From Alphaproteobacteria bacterium (GTDB lineage Bacteria > Pseudomonadota > Alphaproteobacteria > SP197), in the NCBI GenBank assembly GCA_964291265.2, contig OZ219747.1, forward strand, positions 1,152,001-1,216,000: a stretch of 64,000 bases of DNA, in the 5' to 3' direction. Below, piece by piece: positions 10,631 to 20,104 of this stretch (its first letter is position 1; each line of letters opens with the position of its first letter). Position numbers and translations under genes: made by a program. The notes below the pieces were generated by a model that ran no database searches, was not told where the DNA came from, and worked only from the letters and a program-made list of their open reading frames with translations.

Positions 10631-12097
10631 TCATTCTCGTGCTCCATCATGCGTCAGGCGGTCGCCTGTATCGGCAAGCAAGGTGACGGTACGGCGTATG
10701 TCGTGTTCGCTGGTGCGGGGGTTGATGACGCACATGCGCAGGACCATGCGACCGCCCAGAACGGTTGATGTGACGACGGCCTCGCCGGTCGCCATGATCT
10801 CCTGCGGTATCGCGGCGTTGATCTCGTCTAGCCTCGCGCGCCCCTCGGATCCGTTGCCGACATAGCGAAAGGTGACGATGCCGAGGCAGGCCGGCGACGT
10901 CACCTCGAACCGGTCATCGTGCCGAACTTCACGCTCGGCCATCTCCGCCAGGACAATTCCCCTGTCGATCGCCTCCCTGATGGCATCCAGCCCCAGGCAC
11001 TGGAGGGTCACCCAGAGCTTGAGGGCCCGGAATCCGCGGCTCAACTGGATGCCGTAGTTGCAGAAGTTGACTTCCTGCCCGGTCGTCTTCGCATCCTGCA
11101 TATAGTCGGCCGAGGTGCGGAAGGTCCCGGCCAGCAGGGTCTTGTCACGAACCAGGACGGCACCGATTTCGAACGGCTGGAACAACCACTTGTGAGGATC
11201 GAGAACCAGGGAGTCGGCACGCCCGAGATCCGCCACCAGGTTCCCGGACCGCCGGGAGAGCGCCACGCTCGCACCGTAGGCACCGTCAACGTGAAACCAC
11301 ATCCCCTCCTCGATGCAGATGTCAGCCAGAGGAGCCAGTGGATCGACGGCGCCGGTGTTGGTCGAACCCGCATTGGCAACGACACAGAACGGCCTCCTGC
11401 CCCGGGCACGGTCCCTGGCAATGTTCTGGCGAAGACTGTCCGGATCGAGCCTGAAATCGCTGTCGGTTCCGATCCGGCGAAGTTGATGCGATGAGAAGCC
11501 GAGCAGGTAGAGCGCCTTGTCGACGGACGCATGCACCTGATCGGAGCCATAGATGACGGCGTCGGTCGTTCGGTCATCGAGCCTGTCATGGCGCGCAACC
11601 GCCAGACCGGTCAGATTCGCCACTGACCCGCCACTGACAAACAGCCCCCCCGATCGTCGCGGCAGGCCGACCGACCGGCACAACCAGTCAATCATGGAAA
11701 GCTCGAGTGCAGAAGGCCCGGAGCTTTCGAGCCAGGTGCCGGTAAAGACGTTGAAGCCGGATGCCAGTACATCACCCAGTACGCCGTAGAAATTGCTGGG
11801 ACCGGGCACGAAGGCGAAATAGCGCGGATGGTTGCAAAGCAGGCTGTTGTCGAAGATGTCCTTCCGGACATGTGACAGGACATCCGAGAACGGGCGTCCC
11901 TTGTCGGGTGGATCAGCGGAAAAGAGCCCGGTCAACTCGTCTGCGGAACCGACATGACCGACCGACCGATCCGCGAGCGTGGCGAGGTGGTCCACCAGCA
12001 CGTCGATGGCGGCATGGCCGTCACGTCGCATTTGCTCGAGGTCGGGCTCAAACCGCCCGTCCCCGGGCAGGCGGCCTTGCTCTGTCCGACGGTTCAT
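10631..12097 (-). CDS. PLP-dependent group II (aromatic amino acid-type) decarboxylase
   Basis: HPRYFAFVP, SGGSVAN, HVDGAYG, DPHKWL (PLP lysine), SRGFRALKLW. Confidence 0.92.
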   Translation of the reverse strand: MNRRTEQGRLPGDGRFEPDLEQMRRDGHAAIDVLVDHLATLADRSVGHVGSADELTGLFSADPPDKGRPFSDVLSHVRKDIFDNSLLCNHPRYFAFVPGPSNFYGVLGDVLASGFNVFTGTWLESSGPSALELSMIDWLCRSVGLPRRSGGLFVSGGSVANLTGLAVARHDRLDDRTTDAVIYGSDQVHASVDKALYLLGFSSHQLRRIGTDSDFRLDPDSLRQNIARDRARGRRPFCVVANAGSTNTGAVDPLAPLADICIEEGMWFHVDGAYGASVALSRRSGNLVADLGRADSLVLDPHKWLFQPFEIGAVLVRDKTLLAGTFRTSADYMQDAKTTGQEVNFCNYGIQLSRGFRALKLWVTLQCLGLDAIREAIDRGIVLAEMAEREVRHDDRFEVTSPACLGIVTFRYVGNGSEGRARLDEINAAIPQEIMATGEAVVTSTVLGGRMVLRMCVINPRTSEHDIRRTVTLLADTGDRLTHDGARE

Positions 12098-13545
12098 GGC
12101 GCCGCTCCCAGGACATCGTCAAGGCGTGCCTTCAGGCGGTCCCTGAGAGCGACGCTTCCCGATTCACGCCACATGTCGACGTCGGACCGGTCAAGCAGCC
12201 CGGGAAACCACATCTCGCTCAAGTAGCGTTCATGGGTATGTTCGTCGCTCAGGAAACTGTTGTCCCCGGCGGCGCGTGCCACGACATCGACCGCCAGGCT
12301 CGAATCGTCGACGGAGATCCCCGAGGCGAAGCGGCTTGCCATGCCAGCCAGTTCGTCCGCCAGGACAAGCATTTCGAGCGAGCCTGTCCTGCCGGCCGAA
12401 AGATAACCCAGATTGTGAACGAAGGACGTACCGGACAGAACCGCTGTCGTCATGTTGGCCGCGGCCTCGGCCGCAGCCTGCTGGTCGACCACGTGGGAGT
12501 CACTGCAGCCAGCGGCAACCCAGCTGGGAAGGTCCAGATGGCCGAAGAACTCGGCAGCCCCGAGACCGGCCTGGCTGTACTCCGGCGAGCCATAGGTCAG
12601 GTCGGCCTGGCGCAAGTCCATGGGAAGAATGGCGGTGCCGGACATGAGTGGCGCGCCTCGCCGTTCGTTCTGGTGGACGACGAGCCCAGCCAGTGTTTCG
12701 GCACTCGACTGGGCAATCGACCCGGCCAGCGTGATGGGACCCGACATGCCGGGGAAGAGTGCGGGATAACAGACGATCGGCAGGGACAGTCGGGCAGCAT
12801 CGCGCAGGCGCCGGCAGGTTTCGACGCCGAGTTTCAGCGGCGATACGGGTCCGACCAGATCGATGCCCGTGGGTTTCTCCGCAAGTGCATCGCCTCCGCC
12901 GGCGACCTCGCTCAGATGGCGCCAGATGCGCCGGGTCGCCGTTTCGTCATGACCGGTAAAGGCGACCGGTTTCACGGTGTTCTCGACCAGTGTGCGCACC
13001 GTGGCGACCGCCTCGTCTTGCGGCGGCACATCGCTTGGATATCCCAGGGACGCCGCGACATCGAGATTGGCGAGGGATTCGCAGACCCGGCCCGTGGCGG
13101 CGATGTCGGCAAGAACGCAGGCCCGGTGCTCACCGGTACGGTGGTCGAGTGTCCTGATGCAGTTGACGCCAGGACAGAAACGCGGCAACGCGTCCGAGGT
13201 GTCCATGGCGAGCGCACCGTTGCGATCATAGAGCACGACCTTCGAAGGTGCGGTCTCCAACGCCTGTTCCACCAGTTCCGGCATCATCGCCAGGCGACCG
13301 CCCTCGATTTCGCGGCAGCCGGGCCGGGCCAGCAACGCGGCGCGTGTCTCATCGTCCTCGATGACAACGCCGACCCTCGCCAGGATTGCCAGGGTCGCTG
13401 AGCGCAGGAGATCCAGATCGGACTCGCTGAAGATCCGCAGGCGCAGCGTCCGGGCGAACCGGCTCGGAGGTGGCGGCGTACTCTTCCTGCGGCGGCGCCT
13501 GCCGGAGGCCCCCTTGCACTCCTTGACAAACTGGTCAGCAGTCAT
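12094..13545 (-). CDS. trimethylamine methyltransferase (MttB superfamily), non-pyrrolysine
   Basis: PVSPLKL, GMSGPITLAGS, DLRQADLTYGSPE, GCSDSHVVDQQAAAE, HNLGYL; uninterrupted ORF with no in-frame TAG. Confidence 0.9.
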   Translation of the reverse strand: MTADQFVKECKGASGRRRRRKSTPPPPSRFARTLRLRIFSESDLDLLRSATLAILARVGVVIEDDETRAALLARPGCREIEGGRLAMMPELVEQALETAPSKVVLYDRNGALAMDTSDALPRFCPGVNCIRTLDHRTGEHRACVLADIAATGRVCESLANLDVAASLGYPSDVPPQDEAVATVRTLVENTVKPVAFTGHDETATRRIWRHLSEVAGGGDALAEKPTGIDLVGPVSPLKLGVETCRRLRDAARLSLPIVCYPALFPGMSGPITLAGSIAQSSAETLAGLVVHQNERRGAPLMSGTAILPMDLRQADLTYGSPEYSQAGLGAAEFFGHLDLPSWVAAGCSDSHVVDQQAAAEAAANMTTAVLSGTSFVHNLGYLSAGRTGSLEMLVLADELAGMASRFASGISVDDSSLAVDVVARAAGDNSFLSDEHTHERYLSEMWFPGLLDRSDVDMWRESGSVALRDRLKARLDDVLGAAP

Positions 13546-14141
13546 GACGCCGGCGGTTCGTCACGCTTGCGACCAATGGCCTCGTTGCCGATCCGAATGC
13601 CCAGACCGTTGATGATGCGAACCCAATAGGAAAAGCACGCCGCGACCTGGGCGGCCTCGAGAACCTCCACATCGTCGGCGCCGGCGTCGCGGACCCTGGA
13701 GATGTCGTCCTGCGTCATGGCGTCCGGTTCATGGGCGAGCTTGCGGGCGTAGGCGGCCAGCGCCGCGAGCTTGCCGTCCAGAGCATCCGTTTCCCTGCCA
13801 TCCGCCGTCGCGTCCACCATGGCGTCGGCCCTGGCGGAATCGCCGACGAGATGGCGAAGATTGGCGCCGTGGTGGGCCTGGGCGTAGGCGCAGCTGGCGA
13901 GCCGCGCGACCATGGTCGCGATGAGTTCCAGAAACCACTCGGGCAGGATGTTTTCGCTGTTGTGCAGAACAGCGCGATAGTGGCCGTCGGCCCAGCGGAT
14001 CGGTTCCGGGCGCAAGGACATGGCCTTGTAGAGATTGTGTACCGATCCGTCGGTACGCCGGACCAGATCGTAGGTTTCGGCGAGCAGGCCGTCGGCATCC
14101 TCCGGTTCAACAATGCCAAGCCAGCAGATCGGATCGGTCAT
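13542..14141 (-). CDS. peroxidase-related AhpD/CMD-family protein (second paralog)
   Basis: ELIATMVARLASCAYAQAHH; YARKLAHEP; FSYWVRIINGLGI; ATGA-coupled to mttB. Confidence 0.85.
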   Translation of the reverse strand: MTDPICWLGIVEPEDADGLLAETYDLVRRTDGSVHNLYKAMSLRPEPIRWADGHYRAVLHNSENILPEWFLELIATMVARLASCAYAQAHHGANLRHLVGDSARADAMVDATADGRETDALDGKLAALAAYARKLAHEPDAMTQDDISRVRDAGADDVEVLEAAQVAACFSYWVRIINGLGIRIGNEAIGRKRDEPPAS

Positions 14142-14294
14142 CTTGATTCTTCCCCCCGGAGGTCCGTCGTGACGCATGCGCACGGCACCGCTCCTCCTTG
14201 ATCGCCAGCCTAGTCAGCCGGTCCGACGCGCGTCAAGACTGTGATCACAGATTGACAGGAAAGGGCAGGACCGAGCAGATTGCCGGGACGTACC

Positions 14295-14627
14295 GTGGCC
14301 CCCTGTTCCTTCCTACACCTGATGGCGACAGCTCTCGGTCTCGGTCCCCGCCCGGGTCCCGTGTTCGGCCGGGCCGTTCTCCGCAGGCGATACGACGTCG
14401 CGATCATGGGCGGCGCAGGTCACGGTCTTGCGGCCGCATACTACCTGGCCGATGAGCATGGTGTCAGCGATGTCGTGGTCATGGAGAAGGGCTGGTTGGG
14501 CGGTGGCAATACGGGGCGCAACACGACCATGGTGCGCGCCGACTACCTGCTGCCGGACAACCAGGAGTTCTTCGGCCATGCGCGCTCCATGTGGCCGCCC
14601 CTGTCACGCGAGCTCAACTTCAATGTC
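14295..14627 (+). pseudogene. soxB: sarcosine oxidase beta subunit, N-terminal fragment
   Basis: YDVAIMGGAGHGLAAAYYLA, EKGWLGGGNTGRNTT, LSRELNFNV; similarity ends abruptly after about 110 codons. Confidence 0.85.
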
Positions 14628-15152
14628 ATCGATGTCCCGCCCGAGGCGCTGTCGTTTCCGGGATACCCGGTTCGACGGCGTTCGTGCGCGTGTCTTCCGC
14701 ATCAGCTACTCCGGCCAACTGGCCTACGAAATCCATGTCGGCGCGAAGCACGGCGAACGGTTGTGGGATGCGGTGGCGGCGGCCGGCACGCCCTTCGGCA
14801 TCGCGCCCTATGGCGTCGAAGCCCTTGATGTCATGCGGATCGAAAAGGGCCATTGCGCCGGCAGCGAGTTCGACGGCCGCACGGCACCCGCTGAACTGGG
14901 CCTCGACCGCATGACAGGGCGTGTAAGCGCCAGCATTCCCTTCATCAGCTGTTGGTCGGGTTTCGTCGGACCGGCGCACACCCATTCCTCGCGGCGCGAT
15001 TCTCGTGGCCGGGACGGCACGATCCGAAGCTCTGGGCCACGTGACCGCATCCGTCATCGGTCCGACGCTCGGTCAGCCCATCGCGTTGGCCATGCTCCGG
15101 GGATCGATCGGCGACGATGAACTCCGTGCCGTCTCGTCCGTCGCCGGCCCTC
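14628..15152 (+). pseudogene. soxA: sarcosine oxidase alpha subunit, C-terminal (GcvT-like) fragment, frameshifted and interrupted by the IS21 element
   Basis: RVFRISYSGQLAYEI, PYGVEALDVMRIEKGH, DGRTAPAELGLDRM. Confidence 0.85.
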
Positions 15153-15201
15153 TGTTGATGGCTGCATAGAACGGCGGGATTTCGGCGATTTGCCGCGCTT
15201 T
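15153..15201 (+). repeat. left terminal inverted repeat (IRL)
   Basis: 34/49 identity by hand alignment to the reverse complement of 20430-20478, with a perfect core TAGAACGGCGGGAT (15167-15180). Confidence 0.9.
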
Positions 15202-15220
15202 GTCAGGGTCGTGTTTCTTC

Positions 15221-15312
15221 CCTGTTGTCAGGTCCTATTGTCACGTCCTGTTGTCGTGGGTTCAGTGTTCGGCTGATTGTCTCCCCGAGCGCCGCCCGTT
15301 TTCCTATTGTCG
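15221..15312 (+). repeat. subterminal CCT(G/A)TTGTC repeats
   Basis: Copies at 15221, 15234 and 15247 (13-bp period) and at 15303; an inverted partial copy ACAATAGG lies at 20340-20347 near the right end. Confidence 0.7.
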
Positions 15313-15636
15313 TTTTGGTCCGGTTCGGATTGTTCCGTCGGCCTCTGCTTCGGTCTTGGTGACGGTTGCCGGGAGGGTTTCGGTTCCGAGGCACTCGCGG
15401 GATCGTCTGTTTTCCCTGTGGTCTGGGTCGTGTTGTCCGGTCCCGGGGCGGCGTTTTTGCCGCCGCCCCGGGTGGATGCTAGATCGGCATCGAAAGAAAG
15501 AGCGATGCGATGCCGGGCAGAGTTGTGATGACGCCCCCCGGCGCAGCACCCGGACGAGCCGGTCACGGGGGACCGAACTCCCGTGTATTGTCGAGCCATT
15601 TTGCGTCCGGGTCCACCCCCGCTCTCGAGACGGATC

Positions 15637-16113
15637 GTGTGCACGACGGGACGACTGTTCAACTGCAAGCGGTGTCAGCGGCAGGTTGTTCTCTGCCGGT
15701 CGTGTGACCGGGGGCATGTGTATTGCTCCGATGAGTGCAGGGAGCGGTCCCGGATCGAGCGGCGCCGCGCGTCGCGTCGTCGCTACCAGAGCACGCTGAG
15801 GGGCCGTGAGACGGGCCGTCACCGCCAGCGGCGTTACCGGCTCCGCAAGGCGGAGGAGGCGCGTGCGTTGAAGGCCAGGGCGGCGATGCTTGCCGAGATC
15901 ATGGGCACGCAGACGTCTGCTGTGGTGCTGCTTGGCGACGTTCCGGCGGTGTCTGGAGACGCCGGTTCCGAAGAAATCGTTACGGACCACCCTTCCCGAC
16001 TGCTGCCGACCTCCCTACCTGCGGTTGTGAAGGCGCGAGAGCGACGCGAATCGCCGCTTCGGTGCGCCCGGTGCGGACGGGTCGTGACGCATGTGGTGCT
16101 GAGGGACCTGTGA
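15637..16113 (+). CDS. Cys-rich, basic hypothetical protein (putative Zn-binding) upstream of istA
   Basis: LFNCKRCQRQVVLCRSCDRGHVYCSDEC, an Arg-rich helix, and C-terminal CARCGR; start codon uncertain. Confidence 0.7.
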   Translation: MCTTGRLFNCKRCQRQVVLCRSCDRGHVYCSDECRERSRIERRRASRRRYQSTLRGRETGRHRQRRYRLRKAEEARALKARAAMLAEIMGTQTSAVVLLGDVPAVSGDAGSEEIVTDHPSRLLPTSLPAVVKARERRESPLRCARCGRVVTHVVLRDL

Positions 16114-16145
16114 TGCGGCGTTGAGGAACCAAAGGGAGGGAGTTC

Positions 16146-17639
16146 ATGGCGATCGACGAGGACACGCGGGCGACGATCGTGCGGCTGTCGCGGGCCGAGG
16201 GCTGGGCTGTGGGGACGATTGCCCGGCATCTCGGCGTGCACCACGGCACGGTGACGCGGGCGCTCAAGGCGTCGGGGCAGGAGCGGCGGCCGCGGGCCAA
16301 GCTCATCGACCCCTTCGTTGCCTTCCTCGGGGAGCGTCTTGAGGCGTCGCCGGACCTTCCGGCCAGCACGCTCTGGCGACAGGTCGTGGCCCTGGGCTAC
16401 CGCGGCGGCGAGGATCACTTCCGTCACGACCTGCGCCGCCTCGGGCTGAGGCCGGTGAAGAGGCCCGAGCCGTCGCTGCGGCTGAGCTTCCTTCCGGGCG
16501 AGCAGGCGCAGGTTGACTGGGCCGAGTTCGGGAAGGTCCGCATTGGCCGGGCGGAGCGCAGGCTCATGGGGCTTCTCGTCACCCTCAGCTACTCGCGCCA
16601 GACTGTCCTGAGCCTGTTCCACGACGCGCGGATGGCCAGCTTCCTGCAAGGCCATGTCGAGGCTTTCGCGGCATTCGGGGGTGTGCCGCGGAGGCTTCTG
16701 TACGACAACCTGAAGAGTGCCGTGGTGACGCGCCGCGGCAAGGCGGTCACCTATCATCCGATGCTGCTCGGCCTCGCGGCCCACTATGCCTTCGAACCGA
16801 GCGCCGCCTGGCCCAGGAGCCCGCAGGAGAAGGGCCGCGTGGAACGCCGTGTGCGCTTCGCGCGCACCGGGTTCTTCGCCGGGCGCGACATCACGGTCCC
16901 GCTCGGCGAGCTCAACGCCGCGGTTCGGGAGTGGTGCTTCGGCGCCGCCGCGGAGCGGCCCTGGCCGGACGACGACAGTCTCCTGGTGCGGGACGCCTTC
17001 GCCCGGGAGAGGGAGCACCTGATCGTCCTTCCCGTCGACCCCTTCCCGCATCACGAGGTCCGCCCGGTGCGCATCGACAAGACCTGCCACGCCCGCTTCG
17101 ACACCAACGACTACAGCGTTCCGGGTAGCTTCTCCAAGGCCCTGCTGACGCTGGTCGCCGACCGCGACGAGGTCCGCATCCTCGACGGCGCCGACGAGGT
17201 CGCGCGCCACCGACGCTCCTACGACAGGAAGCAGGCCGTCACCGATCCGGAGCATGCCAGGGCGATCGCCGCGGGCAAGCGGCGGGCCCGCTCCATGAGC
17301 GTCCGCGACCGGGTCCTGCGCACCGTGCCGCGGGCCGAGGAGATGCTGGCGCGCGCCGGGACCAACGGGCGCAACGTGGCCTCCTGCGCCCGGATGCTGG
17401 AGACGCTTCTCAACGCGCACGGCGCCGACGCTCTCGACCGGGCTGTCGCCACGGCGCTGGAGCGCGGCTCGTGCCACCCCGAAACCGTGCGCGTCATCAT
17501 CGAGGAGCGCCGCCGGGAGCAGGGCCTGCCGCCCCTCAGCATCGCCGACGACGGCCGCGGCGGCCGTGGCACGACGCCGCGGGGGACCGCTCTCGACGCC
17601 TACGACAGGCCCGAAGCCAGCGCCAGGAACAAGACATGA
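16146..17639 (+). CDS. istA: IS21-family DDE transposase
   Basis: N-terminal HTH (IARHLGVHHGTV); PGEQAQVDW, LLYDNLKSAV, KGRVERRV (DDE); NDYSVP; SD GGAGGG. Confidence 0.95.
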   Translation: MAIDEDTRATIVRLSRAEGWAVGTIARHLGVHHGTVTRALKASGQERRPRAKLIDPFVAFLGERLEASPDLPASTLWRQVVALGYRGGEDHFRHDLRRLGLRPVKRPEPSLRLSFLPGEQAQVDWAEFGKVRIGRAERRLMGLLVTLSYSRQTVLSLFHDARMASFLQGHVEAFAAFGGVPRRLLYDNLKSAVVTRRGKAVTYHPMLLGLAAHYAFEPSAAWPRSPQEKGRVERRVRFARTGFFAGRDITVPLGELNAAVREWCFGAAAERPWPDDDSLLVRDAFAREREHLIVLPVDPFPHHEVRPVRIDKTCHARFDTNDYSVPGSFSKALLTLVADRDEVRILDGADEVARHRRSYDRKQAVTDPEHARAIAAGKRRARSMSVRDRVLRTVPRAEEMLARAGTNGRNVASCARMLETLLNAHGADALDRAVATALERGSCHPETVRVIIEERRREQGLPPLSIADDGRGGRGTTPRGTALDAYDRPEASARNKT

Positions 17640-18337
17640 GCGAGCTCAGGGAGCGTGCCCGGGCGCTCGGCCTCCACGGGCTCGTCGAACGCTGGGACGA
17701 GGTCGCCGGGACCGCATGGATCGAGGAGGTGGTCAGCGGCGAGGAACAGGCCCGCAGGGCCCGCAGCCACGAGCGCCGCCGCGCCGCGGCGCGGCTGCCC
17801 GCCTTCAAGCCCCTGGCGGACTTCGACTGGACATGGCCGCGCGACATCAGCCGGGCTCATGTCGAAGCGCTCCTCGGCCTCGGCTTCGTCGACCGTGCGG
17901 ACAACGCCGTGCTCGTCGGCGGGCAGGGCACCGGAAAGACCATGATCGCCGCCAACGTGGCGCACCAGGCCCTGCTGCACGGCCACACCGTCCGCTTCGA
18001 GAAGGCGCCGGAACTGCTCGAGGCACTCGCCGAGACCGTCTCGCGCAGCGAGCTGCGCCGCCGCCTCGCGATCCTCGCCAGGCCCCGCCTGCTCGTCCTC
18101 GACGAAATCGGCTACGTGACCCTCGAAAGCCACCATGCCGACATCCTCTACGCCATCGTCTCGCGGCGCTATCAGCGCCGCTCGACCATGGTCACGACAA
18201 GCCTCGCCTTCGCCCAGTGGGACCGCGTCTTCCCCAGCGCCTCCGGCATCGCCGGCACCGTCGACCGGCTCATGCACGACGCAACCCTCATCTCCATCGA
18301 CAGCGACTCCTGGCGGCTCAGGCGTGAAACCCGATAA
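17636..18337 (+). CDS. istB: IS21-family AAA+ helper ATPase
   Basis: ATGA overlap with istA; KPLADFDW, GGQGTGKT, LLVLDEIGY, DRLMH, SWR. Confidence 0.95.
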   Translation: MSELRERARALGLHGLVERWDEVAGTAWIEEVVSGEEQARRARSHERRRAAARLPAFKPLADFDWTWPRDISRAHVEALLGLGFVDRADNAVLVGGQGTGKTMIAANVAHQALLHGHTVRFEKAPELLEALAETVSRSELRRRLAILARPRLLVLDEIGYVTLESHHADILYAIVSRRYQRRSTMVTTSLAFAQWDRVFPSASGIAGTVDRLMHDATLISIDSDSWRLRRETR

Positions 18338-19217
18338 ACCCCGCCGCGTCGACTTCGACGCCGTCAAGCGCATGCCGTTCGAACGCATCGCCGCCGACTG
18401 GGGATACGTCCGCGACGAACAGGCCTCGACACGCGCCAACCCCGTCCTGTGCGCACCCGGCCTGCCGAAGCTCGTCACGAAGTGCCTCAACAACGGACAC
18501 TGGGTCTACTTCAACACCCAGAACGATGAAGACAACGGAACCGTCATCGACTTCATGCTCAACCGCGGACTGGCCTTCGCCGACATCTGCACCCGCTTCA
18601 CAGCACCCGACACCGCGCCACGCGACTTCCGCAGCCTCTGGGCCGCGGCAACGCCCGATGCGGCCCCGGACTGGCTCACCGGGCGCGGCATCCTCCCGGA
18701 GACCCTCGACACCTGCCGCCCCCTGGTCCGCCGCGACCACAACGGACGCGTCCTCTTCGCCCATCGCAACAGGAAGCGAAAGCTCACCGGCTTCGAGATC
18801 GGTCCCCCCGACGGACCGAAACGCTTCGCCACCGGTGGAACCCGAAGCCTGTTCGCCGTCCGCGCCGGAACCGCCGCGGACCTCGAGGCCCTCGTCATCA
18901 CCGAAAGCGCCGTCGACGCCCTCAGCCTGGCCCAGATCGACCAATGTCCCCCCAGCCACGCCTTCCTCTCCACCGCCGGGGCACCCTCGCGAAGACAGCA
19001 CGAACAGATCAGCCTCGCCGCAAGCAGCCTGCCCAACGTCAGGACCATCGTCCTCGCCCAGGACCACGACGAGGCCGGAGAGCGACAGGCCGAAACCCTG
19101 CGCAAAAAGATGAAGCTCCCCTCCCACGTCTCGTTCCACAGACGCAGACCGCCGGAAAACGCCGACTGGAACGACGTCGTCAACGCCAGGACCAAAGAAC
19201 CACAAGCGAGATCATGA
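18324..19217 (+). CDS. Toprim-domain primase-like protein (DUF3991/Toprim_2-type)
   Basis: GTG overlapping the istB end; GTVIDFM, WLTGRGI, VITESAVDALS, VLAQDHDEAG (DxD), DWND. Confidence 0.85.
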   Translation: MKPDKPRRVDFDAVKRMPFERIAADWGYVRDEQASTRANPVLCAPGLPKLVTKCLNNGHWVYFNTQNDEDNGTVIDFMLNRGLAFADICTRFTAPDTAPRDFRSLWAAATPDAAPDWLTGRGILPETLDTCRPLVRRDHNGRVLFAHRNRKRKLTGFEIGPPDGPKRFATGGTRSLFAVRAGTAADLEALVITESAVDALSLAQIDQCPPSHAFLSTAGAPSRRQHEQISLAASSLPNVRTIVLAQDHDEAGERQAETLRKKMKLPSHVSFHRRRPPENADWNDVVNARTKEPQARS

Positions 19218-19534
19218 CCACGTCCGTCACAAGGAGACCACTCATGCCCCTCACGCCCGCCGAAAAGCAGCGGCGATACCGGGAACGGCGCAAGGCCGGC
19301 ATCCCTCCCGTCCACACCCCAAAGCATCGTGACCGGCGCTCGCGACCGCAACGCTGGAACGACGCCGTGGCCGAACTGCGCGCCCTGCAGGACGAATGGC
19401 GTGACCGCCTCGACAGCATCCCCGAAACCCTCCGTGACACGCCTTACGGAGAACGCCTGCAGATCGTCGCCGATGCCGACATCGAGGCCCTCGAGGACAT
19501 CGAACCGCCACGCGGCTACGGAAGGGATACGTGA
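19214..19534 (+). CDS. small hypothetical protein with basic N-terminus (possible DNA-binding)
   Basis: ATGA-coupled to the Toprim gene; PLTPAEKQRRYRERRK...RPQRWNDAVAEL...PPRGYGRD. Confidence 0.75.
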   Translation: MTTSVTRRPLMPLTPAEKQRRYRERRKAGIPPVHTPKHRDRRSRPQRWNDAVAELRALQDEWRDRLDSIPETLRDTPYGERLQIVADADIEALEDIEPPRGYGRDT

Positions 19535-20104
19535 TCCCGCAAGACCCTTGAACGCGGTCACGCGTTACCATCCAGGAATGAGAACGTCTCACCCCGACGC
19601 GCCGCTCAGCCTCCCCGGGAAACTCCCGGGCCGTCCAAACGACACCGCATCACGAGACTGCCGCAGCCGCTGGCCGGACTGGCTTACAGGTCGCAGCATC
19701 CGCCCGAAAACACTCAACGCCTGCCGCACCCTGCAGGACGAATGGCGTGACCGCCTCGACAGCATCCCCGAAACCCTCCGTGACACGCCTTACGGAGAAC
19801 GCCTGCAGATCGTCGCCGATGCCGACATCGAGGCTCTCGAGGACATCGAACCGCCACGCGGCTACGGAAGGGACACGTAATCTCGCAAGACCCTTGAACG
19901 CGGTCACGCGTTACCATCCAGGAATGAGAACGTCTCACCCCGACGCGCCTCTCAGCCTCCCCGGGAAACCCCCGGGCCGTCCAAACGACACCACATCACG
20001 AGACTGCCGCAGCCGCTGAGCCGCAGCAACGCCCGATCCGCCGCCGGACTGGCTCACAGGTCGCAGCATCCGCCCGAAAACACTCGACGCCTGCCGCACC
20101 CTGC
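19383..20104 (+). repeat. tandem duplication, 346-bp period
   Basis: Copy 1 starts at 19383 and copy 2 at 19729 (CCCTGCAGGACGAATGG...); near-identical, with copy 2 carrying about 24 extra bp near 20018-20042. Confidence 0.92.

Noticed and set aside
10303-10650. 115-aa ORF bridging the two blocks of the amine cluster
   Set aside because: Low-complexity Pro/Ser/Gly sequence without motifs; it cannot be distinguished from an intergenic spacer.
15221-15260. Short repeats as a CRISPR mini-array
   Set aside because: The period is 13 bp with no unique spacers of CRISPR size, and there are no cas genes.
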